DNA of 64,000 nt from Candidatus Dojkabacteria bacterium. Lineage in GTDB: Bacteria; Patescibacteriota; Dojkabacteria; B142; OLB20. Both the position numbers and the translations under genes were made by a program. This document shows, piece after piece, positions 35,951-45,931 of this stretch (positions are counted from its first letter, which is position 1; every line of letters begins with the position of its first letter). Location of the stretch: assembly GCA_035444565.1 (NCBI GenBank), contig DAOMOX010000003.1, forward strand, positions 159,488-223,487. Reading direction: 5' to 3'. Under the pieces are notes generated by a model. It saw only the letters and a program-made list of their open reading frames with translations. It made no database searches and was not told the origin of the DNA.

Positions 35951-38371
35951 CTACCTCTTGAAGACTTTGTGAAGAATATATTTCGCAATCTCAATAAAAC
36001 AAATACTTATTCCCGAAAGAGATACAACTGCGACAATAAAATTAATTCCAAGTGGCTTTGTACCTAAAACCTGATTAAATATTGGCAAGTATATAGCTGC
36101 TATCAACATTAATACTCCAGAAAAAAATGCCAAATTAACGACTTTGTTATTAAATAGTTTGTCTTTCCATAGTTGTGTTTCAAGAGTTTTGACCGAGAAT
36201 AAGAATAATAATGAGCTAAATGAAATACTAGCAAAAGTCATGGTTCTAGCAATATCTAAATCCACCCCTGTTTCTACCAACCAGTAGTAGACTGCGAAAA
36301 ACAACAAATCTTTGATGAGACTAGTCGCAATAACCAGGGATAAAACCTTTTTATCTAAGATATTGCTTTGGGCTTTAGTATGTTTTTTCAATAAGATTCT
36401 TTTTGGGGATTTTTCAAAGGCAAGAGCTAAGCTAGGAATTCCATCCTCGATAATATTTATCCATAAGAGTAAAACTGGGGTCAGAGGTAAAGGTAATAAA
36501 AATATTAGGGATAGTAAAATTAACACTGTTTCAGTAAGACTGTCTGAAATAAGGAAAACGATAATTTTCCTAAGATTATGAATAATGTTTCTGCCCTCCT
36601 CTACTGCTGCTTCTATTGTTTGGAAATTCGAGTCAAGTAATATAATGTCAGCAACTTCTTTCGATACATCTGTTGCGTTATCAACAACAAGTCCAATTTC
36701 TGCCGCTTTTAATGCTGGGGAGTCATTTACTCCATCTCCCATCATGCCGACGACTTTCCCTCTCTTTTGTAATGCTTTTACAATCGCTAATTTCTGATCA
36801 GGTGTAGTTCTATAGAATAATTTAGTTTTCAAAACAATATCGGGCAAAGTTCCATTTTCAATATGAGATGCCAGTTCATTGCCAGATAACATTTCTTTGT
36901 CAGTTACATCGATATTTAGTGTTTTCAAAACATTCACTGCTGTCTCTTTCAAGTCTCCTGTGATAACTTTCACTTCGATACCGGCATTATTTATAGCTAA
37001 GATTGACTCAGCAACTGATTCTCTCACTGGGTCTTTGATAAATACTAAACCTTCGAAGTCCATACTTTTGAAGTCACTTCTATCAACGGATTCTTTCTCA
37101 ATTTCTTTTGAACAGAGTGCTAATGTACGGTTACCTTCTCTAGCTTTCCGTATCGCCTCCTGCGACCATTTCTTATTGTCTCCTTTACAAAACGATAAAA
37201 TTACCTCGGGTGCACCAACAGCATAAAGTGTTTTCCCATCATAGGCTCCTGTATATTTCTTCTCAGATGAGAAAGGAAATAAATGTTTACGCTTCGCTTG
37301 TGTCTGATTAATAAAATCAACATCCTTTACATTTTCAATATATTTATGAATTGCTTTGTCAATGAAATTAGATTCATTGTTGCTTATTGCTAAAGTAGTC
37401 AAAGCTTTTTCTTTATCTATGAAATCATTGTCTGCTACTTGCATATTCCCGTATGTAAGTGTGCCTGTTTTGTCCACACATAGAACTTCCACATCTCCAA
37501 GAGTTTCTGCTGCAGGTAAATTCTTGACTAAAGCTCGTTTTGCCAACAGACGATTCATACCAAGTGCGAGCGTGACGGTGAGGGAAATTATCAGACCTTC
37601 AGGAATTGTACTTACACCCAGTGCGACTGCAGTGAGAAAGATTTCTTTGAATTCCAGTCCATTTATAATGCCAAGTAGAAAAATTATCACAATTAAGATT
37701 AGTACAAAAACTGTAATGATTTTGCTCAATCTTAGCAACTCAAGCTTTATCGGGGTTGCGGGTGTTTCTTCCTCATTTAAACTCTTAGCGATTTGCCCGA
37801 ACTTTGTATTTGCTCCTGTTCCTGTAATCTTTGCTTTACCAAGTCCTTCGATTACCAAAGTTCCCATAAATATGTTGCGAGATTCAGTTTGTGAAGTGTT
37901 TTTCTCAACTGGTTCGGATTCACCAGTAAGCACAGCTTCATTTACTAATAATTCATTTGCTTCGACTAAGCTACCGTCAGCTGGTATTCGGAGTCCAGGC
38001 TCAATCATTATTAAGTCTCCAGGAACTAGTAGTGAAGTGTCAATATTTTTAATCTTTCCATCCCGAATGACATTTACATGTTTCGAAACGCTTTTTTTGA
38101 GTTTTTCTAATGTATTCTCTGCTTTGTATTCTTGATAAAAGCCTAGTAATGAATTAATAAATACAACAATTAATATGAAAATTGCGTCTGTGAATTCTTT
38201 TAGGATTATTGAGAATGTTGAAGCGAATATTAGAATAAAAATCAGAGGGCTTGTTAACTGTGCTAGGAATATCTTGATAGGACTAACTGCTTTTGCTTCT
38301 TCGATGACATTCGGACCATGTGTTTCAAGCAGTGTTGTCGCTTGTGTTTCCGTTAATCCGTGATCGACCAT
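35951..38371 (-). CDS. Cation-transporting P-type ATPase (type IIA, Ca2+-like)
   Basis: LTGES, IPEGL, DKTGT, ITGD, GDGVNDSPALK, LWINIIEDG. Confidence 0.95.
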   Translation of the reverse strand: MVDHGLTETQATTLLETHGPNVIEEAKAVSPIKIFLAQLTSPLIFILIFASTFSIILKEFTDAIFILIVVFINSLLGFYQEYKAENTLEKLKKSVSKHVNVIRDGKIKNIDTSLLVPGDLIMIEPGLRIPADGSLVEANELLVNEAVLTGESEPVEKNTSQTESRNIFMGTLVIEGLGKAKITGTGANTKFGQIAKSLNEEETPATPIKLELLRLSKIITVFVLILIVIIFLLGIINGLEFKEIFLTAVALGVSTIPEGLIISLTVTLALGMNRLLAKRALVKNLPAAETLGDVEVLCVDKTGTLTYGNMQVADNDFIDKEKALTTLAISNNESNFIDKAIHKYIENVKDVDFINQTQAKRKHLFPFSSEKKYTGAYDGKTLYAVGAPEVILSFCKGDNKKWSQEAIRKAREGNRTLALCSKEIEKESVDRSDFKSMDFEGLVFIKDPVRESVAESILAINNAGIEVKVITGDLKETAVNVLKTLNIDVTDKEMLSGNELASHIENGTLPDIVLKTKLFYRTTPDQKLAIVKALQKRGKVVGMMGDGVNDSPALKAAEIGLVVDNATDVSKEVADIILLDSNFQTIEAAVEEGRNIIHNLRKIIVFLISDSLTETVLILLSLIFLLPLPLTPVLLLWINIIEDGIPSLALAFEKSPKRILLKKHTKAQSNILDKKVLSLVIATSLIKDLLFFAVYYWLVETGVDLDIARTMTFASISFSSLLFLFSVKTLETQLWKDKLFNNKVVNLAFFSGVLMLIAAIYLPIFNQVLGTKPLGINFIVAVVSLSGISICFIEIAKYILHKVFKR

Positions 38372-38373
38372 AA

Positions 38374-38529
38374 CTATTTTAATAAAAATAAATCTAGAAG
38401 ACCTGGAATCTCACGCATTAGGTACACAAATGAGATTAATTGTATTAAACCCCAAAACAGAGATATAAAAACAAATATTCCAAAAACAATCATTGGTCCT
38501 TTAAATTTATTCTTTTCTTTTTTCTTCAT
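38374..38529 (-). CDS. Small (51 aa) membrane protein upstream of the P-type ATPase
   Basis: Manual translation MKKKEKNKFKGPMIVFGIFVFISLFWGLIQLISFVYLMREIPGLLDLFLLK*; stop lies 2 nt before the ATPase start. Confidence 0.65.
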   Translation of the reverse strand: MKKKEKNKFKGPMIVFGIFVFISLFWGLIQLISFVYLMREIPGLLDLFLLK

Positions 38530-38648
38530 TACGGAAATTGTTTAGTGATAACTTAATTATAAACGAAAATGTAAATAACTTAAATTTTAAGTGACCAAAA
38601 TCCTCGAAATCGTTTTAGATTTTGTATCTAATTTTTAATTATTTAGAA

Positions 38649-39023
38649 ATGCCCTATACAAGAAAGATTGTGCAAGAAATTAATACTCTTATTAAATCAG
38701 AAACAAAATCACTAATAATTATTGAGAAAAAACTGAAAATCGAAAAACGCTCACTTCAAAATTCAAAGTACTTATTACTTTTAGTTAAAGCCTCAAAGAA
38801 AAAACAAAACATCACATTCCTTAAAGTCCAAAAACAACTTCTAAATAGAAATCTGCACAAACAGATGATTGTTAGTATTGGTTCACGTGTTCAACTTCTC
38901 TCAACTAAAGTGGGCGAGGTGTTCTTTGTCGATGCTAAAAACTATATAGAACTCATAGGGAAAACTATTGGTGACGCAGTTATGATGAATAACGCCAAGT
39001 TTCTCATTGCTGGTGTTTATTAA
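38649..39023 (+). CDS. Basic protein with degenerate GreA/GreB-like C-terminal domain
   Basis: VSIGSRVQL...LIGKTIGDAV resembles the Gre C-terminal domain; no acidic tip motif. Confidence 0.45.
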   Translation: MPYTRKIVQEINTLIKSETKSLIIIEKKLKIEKRSLQNSKYLLLLVKASKKKQNITFLKVQKQLLNRNLHKQMIVSIGSRVQLLSTKVGEVFFVDAKNYIELIGKTIGDAVMMNNAKFLIAGVY

Positions 39024-40344
39024 GTAAGTGTTTCTTAAATTCACTTACTAGATAAAGTGAGCCTGTCACTACAATCGGTATATTTGGGTTGGAATATATT
39101 AATTTCAGTTCTTTTATTATATTGTTGATTCCTGGTTCGAATTTCACATTTCCGCTAAAGTTTCGAGATTGAAGCAGGAGCTTGATATCATTTGCAGGGA
39201 AAGATTTGTGGGAAATATCTTGATTGTCTGTGTTAAAACTTGTGATATAGATATTTTGAGCATAAGGTAATAATATCTCCAACATTGAAGCCACATCTTT
39301 ATCGGCTTTAAAAGCGATAATCATAGTAAATTTTGTGGCAGGGTATTTTTTACTTAAACTAGAAACGAATGCTTCCATCTTCTGTTTATTGTGAGCACCA
39401 TCTAAAATATATTTCACCCCTTCTGACTCGATAAGCTCAAATCTACCCGAGAAATTAAAGTCTTCAAATGTTTTTCTCAATATATCTTCTCTGGTCTTCC
39501 AATTATCCCTATAAGATAAATAGAGAATGGTTTTAACTGCGAGTACGAAATTCTCGATTTGATACTCCGGAGTATTTTTAATTGAAATTCCAGATATATC
39601 AAAATCTTTTGAGTGGAAATCAAATTTTTCTTCGTATATTTTAATCAACTCATCGATTTTTATCTCTTCTCCGCTGGAATGCATTTCTTCAATTTTGTTT
39701 TTGATTACTTTATTTGTATGAAGTTGTGAAAGATAAATGACGTGTTGTTTCTCTCCTATAATCCCGGCTTTATTCCGAGCTATTTCATAAAGAGTATTCC
39801 CTAATATTTTCATATGATCAAATCCGATTTTAGTAATAACAGAAACTTTCCCTGGATTGGAAATGCAATTAGTAGCATCATATGTGCCACCTAGCCCAGT
39901 TTCAATAACAGCATAATCAACGTTCTCTTTCCAAAATGTGTAATAAGCGAGACATATAATCATCTCGAAATAGCTTAAAGATCCATATTTTGATTTTTCA
40001 ACTTCATTAAATGTTTTTTGTAACAAAGTGAAATTGTCCGCAAATAATTCACTATCGATAAGTTCATTATTTATCTGTAATCTTTCTCTAATATCTTGTA
40101 TATGTGGAGATAGTGTGAGGCCTGTTTTGAATCCGTGGCTTGTGAGTAGTTTGCTAATAAAACTTGCAGTTGAACCCTTGCCAGATGTTCCAGCAATATG
40201 GATGATTTTGATTTTCTCTTGTGGATTACCTAATAATTCAAGTGTGTATTTGACACGTTCCAGACTAAAACCAGCACTATACCCGATATCAATTTTATCT
40301 TTGATTCTGGAATATAGATATTTTTCGACTTCGTTGAAGTTCAT
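39004..40344 (-). CDS. folC: Folylpolyglutamate synthase/dihydrofolate synthase
   Basis: IHIAGTSGKGST, SPH, ETGLGGTYDATN, DHMKILG, ILDGAHN, VTGSLYLV. Confidence 0.95.
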   Translation of the reverse strand: MNFNEVEKYLYSRIKDKIDIGYSAGFSLERVKYTLELLGNPQEKIKIIHIAGTSGKGSTASFISKLLTSHGFKTGLTLSPHIQDIRERLQINNELIDSELFADNFTLLQKTFNEVEKSKYGSLSYFEMIICLAYYTFWKENVDYAVIETGLGGTYDATNCISNPGKVSVITKIGFDHMKILGNTLYEIARNKAGIIGEKQHVIYLSQLHTNKVIKNKIEEMHSSGEEIKIDELIKIYEEKFDFHSKDFDISGISIKNTPEYQIENFVLAVKTILYLSYRDNWKTREDILRKTFEDFNFSGRFELIESEGVKYILDGAHNKQKMEAFVSSLSKKYPATKFTMIIAFKADKDVASMLEILLPYAQNIYITSFNTDNQDISHKSFPANDIKLLLQSRNFSGNVKFEPGINNIIKELKLIYSNPNIPIVVTGSLYLVSEFKKHLLNKHQQ

Positions 40345-41027
40345 TTATTTCTAAGTACAAGTTTATCAAACATCATTGGGTCAGGCCTACTAAGAGCAAA
40401 GCCAATAACTTCCGCAACTTCCTCAACTGTCATCCAGTTTGACCTGTCCCTGACGACTCCTGTTTTCAAATGAAATGTAGTATCCATACTCGCTGGGTAA
40501 AACCCGAATACTTTAATATTTGTTTCTTTCAGCTCAAGTTGAAGAGATTCTGTAAAACCTTGTACAGCAAATTTACTTGCAGAATATACACTTAGATTTG
40601 CTTCTCCTTCTACCCCTTTAGTAGAGGAGATATTCAATAAATAACTTTCTTTTCTTCTCTTTAATAATGGAATACATGCTTTAGCGACATAAATTACTCC
40701 TTTGACGTTTACATTGATTACATTCGAAATTTCAGCAGGGTTACTAGACTCAATTGGTGACTCCATAAAAATTCCAGCATTATTAATAAGAATATCTAAA
40801 TTTGTAATGTTTTTAACCATCATTTGAACTTGGTTGTAGTCTGAGACATCACAAACAAAAGTGCGAAGTTTGTTAGAATTTAACTTTTTCGAAGCATCGT
40901 TTAATTTCTCACTATTGCGACCACAAATTATTACTTCAGAATTATGAGACAGTAATTCCTTGGCTAATGCAAAGCCTAGTCCTTCACTTCCTCCTGTGAT
41001 TAAGATAGTTTTGTTGGTTAAATTCAT
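40341..41027 (-). CDS. Short-chain dehydrogenase/reductase
   Basis: ITGGSEGLG, LINNAG, NISS, YSASK. Confidence 0.95.
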   Translation of the reverse strand: MNLTNKTILITGGSEGLGFALAKELLSHNSEVIICGRNSEKLNDASKKLNSNKLRTFVCDVSDYNQVQMMVKNITNLDILINNAGIFMESPIESSNPAEISNVINVNVKGVIYVAKACIPLLKRRKESYLLNISSTKGVEGEANLSVYSASKFAVQGFTESLQLELKETNIKVFGFYPASMDTTFHLKTGVVRDRSNWMTVEEVAEVIGFALSRPDPMMFDKLVLRNK

Positions 41028-41193
41028 TTTGTAAAATTAATATAGCTAATGATATCAAAAATATTATTAAAAGTGTTTTCTGGTGTGATTATTTGGACTT
41101 AATAGCGTTTTAATAGGAACCTAAGTGAAATAAAATTTGATAACTAATCTTTATAGAAGAAAAAAGCGACAAAATTATTATAACTATTTAATC

Positions 41194-41215
41194 AAGAGCC
41201 TACGGGTTCTTTTTT
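41194..41215 (+). terminator. Intrinsic terminator-like hairpin
   Basis: AAGAGCC-TACG-GGTTCTT followed by a T tract. Confidence 0.5.
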
Positions 41216-41233
41216 ATTTATTAATTTCTTCTT

Positions 41234-41407
41234 ATGGAGTATCTGCAACAAGTCGATAGTCCGGAACACGAAACTGCGGAACAACGAAGAATGAGAGTGC
41301 AACTCATAGTAGCTACTGGTGCTGTAGTACATAACATGCCACTATTCGGATTGGGAGGAAGTGGATTGTACTTAAAGAATCCACAGGAACAGGTCATGCA
41401 AATATAA
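41234..41407 (+). CDS. Small hypothetical protein (57 aa)
   Basis: MEYLQQVDSPEHETAEQRRMRVQLIVATGAVVHNMPLFGLGGSGLYLKNPQEQVMQI*; fills the gap and is more GC-rich than its flanks. Confidence 0.5.
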   Translation: MEYLQQVDSPEHETAEQRRMRVQLIVATGAVVHNMPLFGLGGSGLYLKNPQEQVMQI

Positions 41408-41411
41408 AGAA

Positions 41412-43178
41412 TTAATACAGCTCGTATTTCTTTAACAGCTTCTTATTCCCCTCGATCTGATATTGTAATAATTCTGAATAAACCCCATCTTTTCTTGCAA
41501 GTTCTCCAGGTGTTCCCATATCGGCGATTTTACCTTTGTGTAGAACTATAATTTTGTCTACATTTTGAATTGTGGAAAATCTGTGAGCGATTATTATGAC
41601 GAGCTTATCCTTCATTAAATATTCAAGTGCGTCCTGAACTGCTTCTTCCGATTTTGAGTCGAGATTACTAGTCGCTTCATCGAGAATCAAGATTGGCGCA
41701 TTCTTGAGAATTGCACGAGCTATCTGAATCCTCTGCTTCTGACCTCCTGATAATTTCACTCCTCTCTCCCCTACTTCGGCATTAAGCTTTTTCGGAAGTT
41801 TTTCAACAAAGTCCCAAGCATTTGCCTGCTTTAGAGCTTTAATAACTTCCTCATCAGTTGCTTTTATACCGTATGCAACATTTTCTTTAATTGTTGTTGA
41901 AAATAGTTCGTTCTCTTGGAAAACCAATGCTACATTGTTTCGTATAAATTGCTGGTCAAGTTCATTATAAGACTCGCCATTTAGTTTCATTTCACCGTTT
42001 TGAGGTTCATAGAAACGTAATATTAAATTTACAAGTGTCGACTTCCCTGCTCCACTATGCCCCACTAATGCGACTTTCTCGTCTGGGCCGAGTTTAGCTG
42101 AAATGGTTTTCAAAACATCTTCTGAATCTTTGTAGTGGAAACTTACATTTTCAAAAGTTAGTTGAGGGTTGGTGACATTTTTGTATGATGATTTGGATTT
42201 CAATTCTTCTCCTTGAGGTAAGTCAAGAATTTCTATAAATTCTTTCGAGCCAGCTTCGGCTGTTTGAACTTGAGTGAGGATATATGACATTGCGTAGAGT
42301 GGTCTTCTGGCTTGATCAAGTAGTTGGATAATCAAAACCATTACTCCGATGCTAAATCTACCCTCAAAAGTCATATAAAAGATTATTGAATATATAGCAA
42401 TCATCAGAAAAGTTACTCCCGAGTTTCTCGCGAAATCTATTAGATGATAATTCTTGCTCTGTTTCGCATATATTGTATTTATTTTCTTGATTTTCTCAGA
42501 AACGAAATTAGATTCGGGCAATTCATTGGTAAAACTCTTTACTACTTTTATATTTGTGATAACCTCTTGGATTCTGCCTCGTGTGATATCTTCAATTTTA
42601 TTTTTCTTCTCTTCTTCTTTACCCCATCTTCTCGCTGATATGGAAGTTAAGTAAAGATAAATTGGGAAAATACCTGCTGTAAGTAGAGCAATTGGAACAC
42701 TATAATAAGCGAGAGTGATTATTATAAAAATACTTTGTAGAATCGAGGGTATTATAAAATTTGTTGCTGTATTGAAGAAATTTTTGATGGACTTGATACC
42801 TCTTCCGAGTTGATTGATAATTTTCCCAGACAATTCAGAGTCAAAGTATGTCTGTGGCAAAGTTAATATTTGATAGTAGAATTTATTTGTTAAGAATTTT
42901 TCAAGTTCCCCGGCTAAATGATCTCCTTTTCTACTGCTATATGCGTCCAGTGCATTTTTTGTAAGTGAGAGAACAAATCCAAAAATGATTAACAATATGA
43001 TTTTATCTGTGTCTGCTACCTCTCCTTGGATTTTTAAAACAATTTCATCTATTATGAACTTCGAGACGAACGGTGTAAGTAAATCTAGAAAGACTCCAAA
43101 GACAATAAGGAACGACATACTAAGAATCACACCGTGAAGGGGTTTGGAGAGTTTAATTATTTTTAGAATGTTTGGCAT
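41412..43178 (-). CDS. ABC exporter, fused permease/ATPase (MsbA/MdlB-like)
   Basis: N-terminal TM domain; GHSGAGKS, LSGGQKQR, ILDEATS, IAHR. Confidence 0.95.
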   Translation of the reverse strand: MPNILKIIKLSKPLHGVILSMSFLIVFGVFLDLLTPFVSKFIIDEIVLKIQGEVADTDKIILLIIFGFVLSLTKNALDAYSSRKGDHLAGELEKFLTNKFYYQILTLPQTYFDSELSGKIINQLGRGIKSIKNFFNTATNFIIPSILQSIFIIITLAYYSVPIALLTAGIFPIYLYLTSISARRWGKEEEKKNKIEDITRGRIQEVITNIKVVKSFTNELPESNFVSEKIKKINTIYAKQSKNYHLIDFARNSGVTFLMIAIYSIIFYMTFEGRFSIGVMVLIIQLLDQARRPLYAMSYILTQVQTAEAGSKEFIEILDLPQGEELKSKSSYKNVTNPQLTFENVSFHYKDSEDVLKTISAKLGPDEKVALVGHSGAGKSTLVNLILRFYEPQNGEMKLNGESYNELDQQFIRNNVALVFQENELFSTTIKENVAYGIKATDEEVIKALKQANAWDFVEKLPKKLNAEVGERGVKLSGGQKQRIQIARAILKNAPILILDEATSNLDSKSEEAVQDALEYLMKDKLVIIIAHRFSTIQNVDKIIVLHKGKIADMGTPGELARKDGVYSELLQYQIEGNKKLLKKYELY

Positions 43179-43245
43179 TTCGCGTTAATATATGTAGTTA
43201 TGATTTTATGATAGATGTGTTTAATTAACAAATTATAAAAAAACC

Positions 43246-43274
43246 TTGACATGTGAATGATATGTTTCTAACAT
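43246..43274 (+). promoter_or_regulatory. sigma70 promoter of the major pilin
   Basis: TTGACA, 17-nt spacer, TAACAT, 42 nt upstream of the pilin ATG. Confidence 0.65.
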
Positions 43275-43316
43275 ATTCTTAAGTAAGTTTTTATTTAATT
43301 TTTATTTATTATTTAA

Positions 43317-43754
43317 ATGAGAAAAGTTACAGATCTAAAAGGTTTTACATTAATTGAAATTTTGATTGTAATCGGTTTGATTGCAGTTCTTGCTGCAGTT
43401 ACGATTATTGCGTTGAATCCTACCGCTAGTTTTGAAAGACAAAGAAATTCTGAAAGACAAACAGAAATGGCTCAGATTCATACTGGTTATAACAGATGGG
43501 TCGCAGAAGGTAACAGTGCTACTCTTACTAGTGGTGGTAATCCATTACCAACATGTGCTGGTACTATTTTAACATCTCATGGAGTTGCATTCACATCAAT
43601 TAATATTTTCCCCACATTGACAGCAGGGGGTTATGTCCCAGCGGGTATTACAGATCCGGAAACTGGTGATTACAGAGTGTGTGCAGCAACAAATGCTCAA
43701 TTAACATTATTTGCTCCACAAACAGACGGTACAATTGTTACAATGACTAGATAG
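43317..43754 (+). CDS. pilA: Type IV major pilin
   Basis: KG|FTLIE class III signal peptide, hydrophobic helix and Cys pair; has its own promoter and terminator. Confidence 0.92.
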   Translation: MRKVTDLKGFTLIEILIVIGLIAVLAAVTIIALNPTASFERQRNSERQTEMAQIHTGYNRWVAEGNSATLTSGGNPLPTCAGTILTSHGVAFTSINIFPTLTAGGYVPAGITDPETGDYRVCAATNAQLTLFAPQTDGTIVTMTR

Positions 43755-43773
43755 AGATACGGTTGAATAATAG

Positions 43774-43800
43774 AAGAGGAGCTTCGGCTCCTCTTTTTTT
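43774..43800 (+). terminator. Intrinsic terminator after the major pilin
   Basis: AAGAGGAGC-TTCG-GCTCCTCTT followed by a T tract. Confidence 0.9.
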
Positions 43801-43853
43801 GCTTTGTTTATTGATATCGTATAAATTTTGATATTAGTTATTATTAAACCGAT

Positions 43854-44264
43854 ATGTTCGGCCTACTAACAATCATTTTCTCTTTACTTGTTATAAGTCT
43901 AAATCCTGCTTCCAGCTTTCAGGATGCTAGGAATGCAGAAAGGGTCAGTGAAATGTCACAAATCATGACTTCTGTAAATTTATTTGAAATTGGTGAAGAT
44001 TCTCGTCTAAATTCACTTACCTATTCTGACGGGAAACCTCTTCCAGTTTGTGAAGAGGTTGATTCTAAATATACTAATGGAATTCCATTCCCATCTTTAG
44101 ACATTGCACCTACCATAATCTCTAGCGGATATATGTCGGAACATCCGACTGACCCTCAAGGTGGAGTAAATCCATATTACAACATTTGCTACAAATCAAG
44201 AGGTGGACAACTTACTATATATGCGCCGAATATTGAAGGGGAAATTACAACACTTACTAGATAA
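43854..44264 (+). CDS. Pilin paralog lacking the prepilin cleavage/methylation motif
   Basis: LNPASSF..RNAER..EMSQI, PLP.C, TDP and QLTIYAP align with the upstream pilin; no GFxxxE motif. Confidence 0.8.
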   Translation: MFGLLTIIFSLLVISLNPASSFQDARNAERVSEMSQIMTSVNLFEIGEDSRLNSLTYSDGKPLPVCEEVDSKYTNGIPFPSLDIAPTIISSGYMSEHPTDPQGGVNPYYNICYKSRGGQLTIYAPNIEGEITTLTR

Positions 44265-44395
44265 AAAGAAACTGCAGTTTATTCTTCAAAAATTTAAGAG
44301 ATTTTAAATATTTTGAATTTTGGTCAAAGAATTAGGATTAACTTGATACCATCTCCAAACTTTGGTTTAATATTTGATAGTATTAGTTATTTTTA

Positions 44396-45904
44396 ATGTC
44401 CGGATCAACTGCCCAAAATTCTCAGACTGTAAACACGACTACAGGACAAGTGCCCACATCTATGGCACCTCCTACTCCGTCTCCTACATCTACAACACAA
44501 AATCAAAACAATACTGGAACTCCTGCACAAACCGCTAATACTGTTGCACAGAATTCTCAAAATCCTACAATGCATGCTACTGCTTCATCTCAAACACAAA
44601 TTGCACCAGCACAGGCGGAAAATACAATACCAGTTGAACAGAAGAAAGAAAATGAGCCTGGTGCTGAAAACCAACCGCCTACAAAAAAGATTCAGACAAT
44701 AGAGAAACCCAAAGATGGAAGCGAACTAAATATTGTTGAACTTATAAATTATATTGTTAAGCAAGCAATAAAAGCTAAAACTTCTGATATTCATATCGAA
44801 CCTCACGAAGAAGTTGTAGTGGTGAGATTCAGAATAGATGGAATATTAAAAGATGTTCTACAAGTAGGAAAGGATATTCAGGAGTCGTTGTTGTTCAGAA
44901 TCAAAGTCGCGGCGAAAATGCGTACTGATGAGCATTTTGCTCCTCAAGACGGTAGGATTAGGTTTATAATCGAAAACAAGAAAATTGACACACGTATTTC
45001 AATACTCCCAACAAGTTCAGGTGAGAAAGTTGTCATGAGATTGTTGATAAAAGAAGGAAAGTCATTCACTTTTAGTTCATTAGGTATGTCGGATCCTGAT
45101 CAATTGGTAGTTGAGAAAAGTTACAAGCGTCCCTACGGAATGATTTTAGCTGTTGGTCCAACTGGCTCAGGTAAAACCACTAGTCTATATGCCATCCTTC
45201 AGAAATTAAATTCGAGAGATGTAAATATCACCACCGTAGAAGATCCTGTAGAGTACAGTATTGATGGGGTAAACCATATCCAAGTCAACAATAAAGCAAA
45301 TTTAACATTTGCCTCTGGTCTTCGTTCAATTTTAAGACAGGATCCAGACATAATAATGATAGGAGAGATTCGTGATGCGGAAACTGCAAATATTGCTACA
45401 AATGCTGCTCTTACAGGTCATTTAGTATTATCTTCTCTGCACACCAACGATGCAATTTCCACCATACCGAGGTTGATAGATATGGACGTTGAGCCATTCC
45501 TTGTTGCCTCAACCTTAAACATTGTTATTGCTCAGAGGTTGGCGAGGAAATTGTGTGAAAAATGTAAAAAACAATACACCATCGATCAAGAAGAATTAAC
45601 AAGAATTAACAAAATTAGACAAGATATTGCTATGCATTTCAAAGTCGGAGATGTTGTTTACCAAGAGGCTGGTTGTGAAACTTGTGGAGATAGTGGATTC
45701 CAGGGAAGATTTGGTCTTTTTGAAATACTTGAGATAACTGAAAAAATTAGAAGAATGATTTCTGAAAGGGAAAATATTGATGACGTCTTCAAGATAGCAA
45801 GAGAAAATGGAATGAAACTGATAGTTGAAGATGGTGTGAATGCAGTTAAAACAGGAGTTACAAGTTTAGAAGAAATTATGAGGGTTACGGCTTTAAAACA
45901 ATAA
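44396..45904 (+). CDS. pilB: Type IV pilus assembly ATPase PilB/GspE
   Basis: SDIHIEP, RFRIDG, GPTGSGKTT, TVEDPVEY, LRQDPD, GEIRD, TGHLV, CxxC...CxxC. Confidence 0.95.
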   Translation: MSGSTAQNSQTVNTTTGQVPTSMAPPTPSPTSTTQNQNNTGTPAQTANTVAQNSQNPTMHATASSQTQIAPAQAENTIPVEQKKENEPGAENQPPTKKIQTIEKPKDGSELNIVELINYIVKQAIKAKTSDIHIEPHEEVVVVRFRIDGILKDVLQVGKDIQESLLFRIKVAAKMRTDEHFAPQDGRIRFIIENKKIDTRISILPTSSGEKVVMRLLIKEGKSFTFSSLGMSDPDQLVVEKSYKRPYGMILAVGPTGSGKTTSLYAILQKLNSRDVNITTVEDPVEYSIDGVNHIQVNNKANLTFASGLRSILRQDPDIIMIGEIRDAETANIATNAALTGHLVLSSLHTNDAISTIPRLIDMDVEPFLVASTLNIVIAQRLARKLCEKCKKQYTIDQEELTRINKIRQDIAMHFKVGDVVYQEAGCETCGDSGFQGRFGLFEILEITEKIRRMISERENIDDVFKIARENGMKLIVEDGVNAVKTGVTSLEEIMRVTALKQ

Positions 45905-45931
45905 ATTTGTAATTTAAATTATCAATTTTAA

